A DNA stretch of 20,000 nucleotides, from the IMG/VR virus record IMGVR_UViG_3300011337_000167; one strand, given 5' to 3'. The DNA is from an uncultured virus (IMG/VR IMGVR_UViG_3300011337_000167). Taxonomy: Duplodnaviria; Heunggongvirae; Uroviricota; Caudoviricetes. Position numbers and translations under genes: made by a program. The notes below the pieces were generated by a model, which had not been told where the DNA came from, did not search any database, and worked only from the letters and a program-made list of their open reading frames with translations. Position 1 is the first letter of the stretch; every line of letters begins with the position of its first letter. This document shows positions 15,901 through 20,000 of this stretch, piece after piece.

Positions 15901-18900
15901 TAATGACTTTTAGGTTATTAATTTTGTCCCCAGCTATGCGGGTAATGTCTTCTGTTGTAAAAGCTTTTAACGCAAGCTTTAATTTGGTAACACTTATAGC
16001 ACCATAAATAGCCTTCATCAAACGAATAGCATCGCTGGCATTTCTAACCTGCATTATTAACTCGCCAATTGAACCGTTTAATGTGGAGTTTCTATTAGAT
16101 AATCGAATCTTTCTAAGCAAAGTTTCTACAAGTTTTAATTGCTTAGGTGGTTTAGGTGCTTTTGGCGGTGCAGGTTGTTTTGCTTTGGCTGCTACTGGTT
16201 CCCCAGGAACCGTTACTTCTGGCATTGGTGCAGCTAGCAGCTTATTTGTAACAATAATCAAATCTTGGAGAGCAGAAGTATGCTTCTCGTCCATACTAAA
16301 CAACTGACGTATGCTTTGTACAAATTTATTAAATAGCCTATCAACAAAATTAGGCGGAGCACCTGCAAGTACACCTGGAGAAAGAAGTAAAAATTCTTGC
16401 ATAGCAGGCAAAGACATGCCGTAAGCCACAAACTCTTTAACGTCAGTAAAAGCGTCATTAGGTATTTCTAGCATTTCTGGGGTGAGTAAACCTAAATTGC
16501 CAGTCTCCAAAGCTTGAGCAAAGAGAGCATCATAGTTATCTTTTGCCCGTATCATCAAAGCCATAAGCTCTGCCACTGGACGCAAAGAATTAGGAATAGG
16601 TTTCTTTGCTTCTCTTAATTCTAGATAGGCATTAATACGGGCAACGGTTGCAGCGTGTAAAGCTTCGTGTAACACAACAGTATTGTTAATACCGCCGCTA
16701 CGCATTACATAAATAGTATTTCTGTCAGGTACATATAAACCTGCTGCTCCCATCATTTTGTCTCGTAGGAATGCAGTAGGCATATCGTCTGCACTATCTA
16801 CTACAACAAACTTAACTCCGTTAAGGAAAGGGAGTAACCGTCTAGCTAGTATTTTTTCAAAGGGGTTGCCGTTATTAGCAATCCAACTTACTGCGCTTCG
16901 TGCGTTATTGTATTTTTCAAAGACAGTGTTATCCTGCCCATTAGTAGATTCTGACATTTGGGCACGGCTAGGTGCGCCTATTCTTTGCTTAGCCTCGTAT
17001 CTTAGTTTACCTAACTCACGTTCTTGCGGGTCAGCTTTCTCTAATGCTGCAGTTGCTCTAGTACCTGCGGTTTTTTTCTTTTGGTTGGGGTCAACGGATA
17101 AACCATATGCAACCGATAGAGCATCTATGCGTTCTTGCCTTAAACCATACAAAATATCCTGAGCTTCTTTCTCACTGGCAGAGCGTTCAAGAATAGCGGC
17201 TTCGTCAACTGTTTGAGCTAAAGTTTTTTCGGCTTTAGCAATTGCATTGATAGCATCCCGTCCAGAAGCTATTTGCTGTTTTTTAGTCGCAGCGGCAGCG
17301 GCTATTTGTTCTGGAGTTTTTGCAGCGGCTGGTCTGCCACGAGGTTTGCCTGTTTTGACTGGGGGTGCTGAAGGTGTTACTTCAGTTGTTGTAGTTGGTT
17401 GCCCAGTAAGTTCTGCAACCCTTTTGTCTCTTCTTGGTTGGCTTTCTTTAGTAAAAGCATCCCATTCATCATCTATTTTTTGCAGCAATTCTTTAGCTTT
17501 TCTGGTCTCTTCACTAGTTTGTGCTCTTTTAACTTTTAAGTCTGCAGCGTTTCTTCTTTTCTCTAGCTTTTTAAGTGTTTGTAAATCTTCTTCCGCAGTA
17601 GGCTCTACAGAAGTAGTGGTAGGTGCACCCATACCAGCCGCAACTTGTTTTTGCCGTAAGCTTTCTGTAGCGGCAGCGGTTGCTTGCTCGTCGGTTAAGT
17701 TGTATTTAACTTTTAAGTCTGCAGCTAGTGTATTGAGTTCAGTTCCTTCTCCGCCTCCAACAGCAGTAGTAGTTGTGCCAGCTGCTGCCAGGTCTCCTCC
17801 GGTAGTGTCAATAGCTCCCGTGTCGGTTTCGCTTGGTTTGCCAGGCACAGAAACGCCTGGTTGATCTGCTCCACCGATAGTTGATTCAGTTCCATCTAAT
17901 AGCCCTCCTTGCAAAATAGCATCGCCTGCAACGGCGTAGGCTTCTTGTTCAGTATATGGTTGATTTGTATCTGGATTAACTGAAGCCTTTAGCTTCTCAA
18001 CAGTCTCATTAAACTGCTGACCTAAATTGTCTAAAGCACCAGGGGCATTAAGCTTATCAAGGATTTTCTTTTGATCTTCAACGGCTTTAGCTTCTGCTTC
18101 TCTTTTAGCAATTGTAGATGGCAAGCGCTCATAAGCCTCACGTCCACCAAATGCTGCTGTCTCTAATAAACTAGTTGGACCTTCACCAACGGCTTCCATA
18201 AGGACTTGCCCAGGCTTTTTAATCTCTCCTTCGGTAGCAAGTTGAGCAGCTGCTTCACCACCAGCTCCGCTAATTACTTGTGCGGCGGGTTGGGCTACAC
18301 CGATATTGACCGCTTCTTTTGCTACTTGGTTCTTTATTACTGTCTTAGGCACAAGCAATTTACCAGCTAATCCAGCAGCAGCCGTATCTACAGCGCCAAT
18401 AATAGAAGCCCTTGTCATTGCATGCTCGTAAGCTTTAGCAAATAAAGTTGGATCATTTAACGCTTTATTAACAGCGGCAGGGTCTTTTACATTTACCCCT
18501 TGCTCTTGGAAGTATTCTGTAATACCCGAAGATAACTCACTAGCAAAGCTAGTACTACCCATAGCCATTGCACCAACTCTAGGATTACGGGTTACTGCGC
18601 CTAATACAAGTGCAGGTACTAGTTGTGGGACGCTCTCTAAGGACACGCTAGCCATGACACCCAAAGGATCAACTTGGAACGCATCAAATGCTTGCCGTGC
18701 CGTCTTTACATCAGACAAAGCTTCTATCGTAGGTCTTTTTCTATATTGAGCAGCTTCAGCCTGGGTCTCCATTAGCTTTTGTTGAGATTGAGCTTGAGCG
18801 CCCTGTAACTCTTTAAGTCTAGCTTCTGCCGCTTCTGGTGTTAGTGGTCTGCCAAGAGGGTCTGTAGCCTTACCTTCTCGGATTAAATTGATTTCGTTTT

Positions 18901-19297
18901 GAATGTTGGCAACTTGAACACCAGGCAATATTCCTTTTGCAGCTGCATAGCCAGACTTTAACGGGTCAGTTATACGTTGTAAGAACGGTACTTCTCTTTC
19001 GTACTTTGCAGTCTCTTCTGCTAATTGTTTCTTTTGTTGCTCAGTTAACCCTGTGCTTGGTTGTACTGTAGGTTCAGCTTGGGTTGTTACTTCTTCTGGG
19101 CTAAGTATGGGTGCAGTTACAGAAGCAGGGGCGGCTTTAGGTTTATCTTTAGAAAGAAGATGAGTCAATATCTCAGTATCAGGAACGCCTGCTTCCCTAG
19201 CCCCAGCTAAGTTGTACTTGTATTTTGAGGCAAGATAATTGTTAATCTCAGCATCGCTAAGACCCGCCTTTCTTGCGCCCTCAACATCATATGCCAT
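12980..19297 (-). CDS. Giant (2105 aa) probable internal virion / DNA-ejection protein with zincin-like HExxH motif
   Basis: Single long ORF; Ala/Gly-rich helical N-terminal region, VVLHEALHAAT, hydrophobic Gly-rich segments near the C-terminus. Size and position on the strand opposite the replication genes fit a virion module. Confidence 0.75.
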   Translation of the reverse strand: MAYDVEGARKAGLSDAEINNYLASKYKYNLAGAREAGVPDTEILTHLLSKDKPKAAPASVTAPILSPEEVTTQAEPTVQPSTGLTEQQKKQLAEETAKYEREVPFLQRITDPLKSGYAAAKGILPGVQVANIQNEINLIREGKATDPLGRPLTPEAAEARLKELQGAQAQSQQKLMETQAEAAQYRKRPTIEALSDVKTARQAFDAFQVDPLGVMASVSLESVPQLVPALVLGAVTRNPRVGAMAMGSTSFASELSSGITEYFQEQGVNVKDPAAVNKALNDPTLFAKAYEHAMTRASIIGAVDTAAAGLAGKLLVPKTVIKNQVAKEAVNIGVAQPAAQVISGAGGEAAAQLATEGEIKKPGQVLMEAVGEGPTSLLETAAFGGREAYERLPSTIAKREAEAKAVEDQKKILDKLNAPGALDNLGQQFNETVEKLKASVNPDTNQPYTEQEAYAVAGDAILQGGLLDGTESTIGGADQPGVSVPGKPSETDTGAIDTTGGDLAAAGTTTTAVGGGEGTELNTLAADLKVKYNLTDEQATAAATESLRQKQVAAGMGAPTTTSVEPTAEEDLQTLKKLEKRRNAADLKVKRAQTSEETRKAKELLQKIDDEWDAFTKESQPRRDKRVAELTGQPTTTTEVTPSAPPVKTGKPRGRPAAAKTPEQIAAAAATKKQQIASGRDAINAIAKAEKTLAQTVDEAAILERSASEKEAQDILYGLRQERIDALSVAYGLSVDPNQKKKTAGTRATAALEKADPQERELGKLRYEAKQRIGAPSRAQMSESTNGQDNTVFEKYNNARSAVSWIANNGNPFEKILARRLLPFLNGVKFVVVDSADDMPTAFLRDKMMGAAGLYVPDRNTIYVMRSGGINNTVVLHEALHAATVARINAYLELREAKKPIPNSLRPVAELMALMIRAKDNYDALFAQALETGNLGLLTPEMLEIPNDAFTDVKEFVAYGMSLPAMQEFLLLSPGVLAGAPPNFVDRLFNKFVQSIRQLFSMDEKHTSALQDLIIVTNKLLAAPMPEVTVPGEPVAAKAKQPAPPKAPKPPKQLKLVETLLRKIRLSNRNSTLNGSIGELIMQVRNASDAIRLMKAIYGAISVTKLKLALKAFTTEDITRIAGDKINNLKVINNAVDDMAGMRVQMIRELAEKTPAWINFNEKYEEGGNILADLINASTLLEVDPTKHPDAATAIKNDPKLQRIENDILNPSTDPKTLPNLKKQRTERTAAIKLVYEGGAYNNPVTGEKYTMGGWEQLGKFGKGEGHAIYKMAKDSYKKTFDTHEQLLKEKIAASNVPGDINDASTPKGKLIAAITKTFQEAKQLEVYFPLMRYGNFWFSVGKGKSGEFYMFEGEVARNNAIEARVAELNKAGDKRTKDQMIADGDIDIGNDIRKLREKHIESSDMLKEIFAMLDKNKMSDIDAVKDNIYQMYLMTLPDKDIRRKFVHRQGKTGFSADAIRNFIVSQHTAANQLARLKYSDKIRNGIAAAYAEIQQNPDKLKLATIIREVSNRAINEITPTVPEEGLDWDQVASIGNKFVFYWLLTSPKSALVQMTQLPIVGLPTLGAEFGIGKATATAARYGALWNKFGTTKKDENGNVVTSWGQPSINDSKYVNEHKNLAYRKVLKDAWNFANDKDIFMSTYAGDMTAMAAAPSTRYQGLVERGTRFTFNLMGGAFHHAERISREIMFMSSFELAYADAKQKGMDDKAAFDAATKRALKLTYDALFNYTQYNKPPPMKSAAGRLAFQFLTYPLQMTSYLVRNFYGMLPLLNKEEKKEAAIKFFGTLGMTGLFAGVTGFPLYSFIMGMAEGMRELLRDEEDEDYDEDDEGNPLGKRSLDLWFRNSFIPSYFGPDSSLANFFNLTEEQAATLSRGVEMGPISAYTDLNVGTSTSLDGLWFRSDAPAETSRQAFINFAFSWTGPIGSVGANFAGAYDDWNNGQVSRAFEKLSPAWLRGGLTSMRLKSEGATTTKGDELMNPEFYTTGKLLAQTLGFGSTEVAQVQKANFMAKQIVTEINREKQNILNRLDIAVRQDDDDKIDKILEEIDKFNTKNAMLAINGETVSKSLQSRAERRGKAYQGLSVSDKEAPFVYPLVEGTRSPQYK

Positions 19298-19299
19298 GA

Positions 19300-20000
19300 T
19301 TAACTTTTATCAAAGTCTGCTGCGCTTTTCTTAGTACCGCCTCCACTAGGTGCAGAAGCTGCTGGTGCTTGTTGCCCACCTTTCATTCGTTGCTCCTCTT
19401 TACGATACAACTCTTGTAAATAAGTATTTGCAGTATTAGTTTTATTCTTTTTATCTTCTTTTTGCAATCTACGAAGTTCTTTATTCTCAGGCGAATTAAA
19501 GTTTTTAGACAAAGAGTTATCTACGTTATCACGAGCTTTGTCGTACAAATTAGTTCCTGCAACTTCAGCTTGTGTAGCAGCACGTTGAGCAGCGGCACCA
19601 CGACTGCCTACAAGCCTATCCATTCCTTCATTTAATATAATGGCATCAGGTCTTTGATCTCCTGCAGCTCTTCTTGATGCTAAATAATTATTTGCATAAG
19701 CTATCAGTTCGCCAGGAGACTTCATACCAGCAACTTTTTCTCTGCTAAGGCGCTCTTCTGCCTTCTCAAACATTGCGTTACCACCAGTAATATCACCTAT
19801 CTTCATTAGGCGCTCACCTTCAGCAACTTCAGCAAGACCCTTAGCAATATCACCACGACGACCTCTAAGTCCTTCTTGACGAGCTATCATTCCTGGCAAT
19901 GTTCTTCTCCCTGCTCTAGCAGCCGCACTTCCTACTGGACCTGCTTCACCAGCTAACTCAAGACCAAACTGTAGCAAATCATAACCTCTAGCCTGCTTCC
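19300..20000 (-). CDS. Probable internal virion protein (partial, 5' end beyond window)
   Basis: The frame stays open to the window edge (...KQARGYDLLQFGLELAG...). It is Ala/Gly/Gln-rich and helical, and its stop lies 2 nt before the giant gene ATG. Confidence 0.65.
   Translation of the reverse strand, partial: KQARGYDLLQFGLELAGEAGPVGSAAARAGRRTLPGMIARQEGLRGRRGDIAKGLAEVAEGERLMKIGDITGGNAMFEKAEERLSREKVAGMKSPGELIAYANNYLASRRAAGDQRPDAIILNEGMDRLVGSRGAAAQRAATQAEVAGTNLYDKARDNVDNSLSKNFNSPENKELRRLQKEDKKNKTNTANTYLQELYRKEEQRMKGGQQAPAASAPSGGGTKKSAADFDKS

Noticed and set aside
15015..17864. Plus-strand ORFs 15015, 15612, 16083, 16758 and 17247 (up to 205 aa)
   Set aside because: Antisense shadows of the giant gene: Ser/Ala/Leu-rich, no recognisable motifs, and downstream of the + strand terminator.

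Overview
A 20 kb segment of a dsDNA tailed bacteriophage genome. The + strand (1-12891) carries a tightly packed DNA metabolism and replication region: an RHH-like protein (partial), HTH-DUF3310, VRR-NUC nuclease, family A DNA polymerase (Leu762 type), several small accessory ORFs, a Cas4/RecB-like PD-(D/E)XK exonuclease, a small HNH, an SNF2 helicase, two conserved replication-module proteins, a Cro-like HTH and an AEP primase-DUF927 helicase fusion. The - strand (12980-20000) converges on it with a 2105-aa probable internal virion/ejection protein bearing an HExxH motif, plus a partial upstream virion protein. No tRNA, CRISPR array or integrase was seen. The main finding is at the convergence point: a candidate ~80-nt sRNA (12904-12981) with its own sigma70-like promoter and terminator. 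Its body is a chain of segments complementary to the start regions of several phage genes (11/11 nt to ORF 8289, 10/10 to ORF 4291, 9/9 to ORF 116, and CTCGT loops matching the tandem ACGAG before the primase). Other observations are a recurring YTRACAWTGTYAR operator-like palindrome, a probably leaderless transcript, an uncalled 42-aa minus-strand ORF and an attenuator-like element before the primase. All functional calls come from motifs read by eye; no database searches were run.
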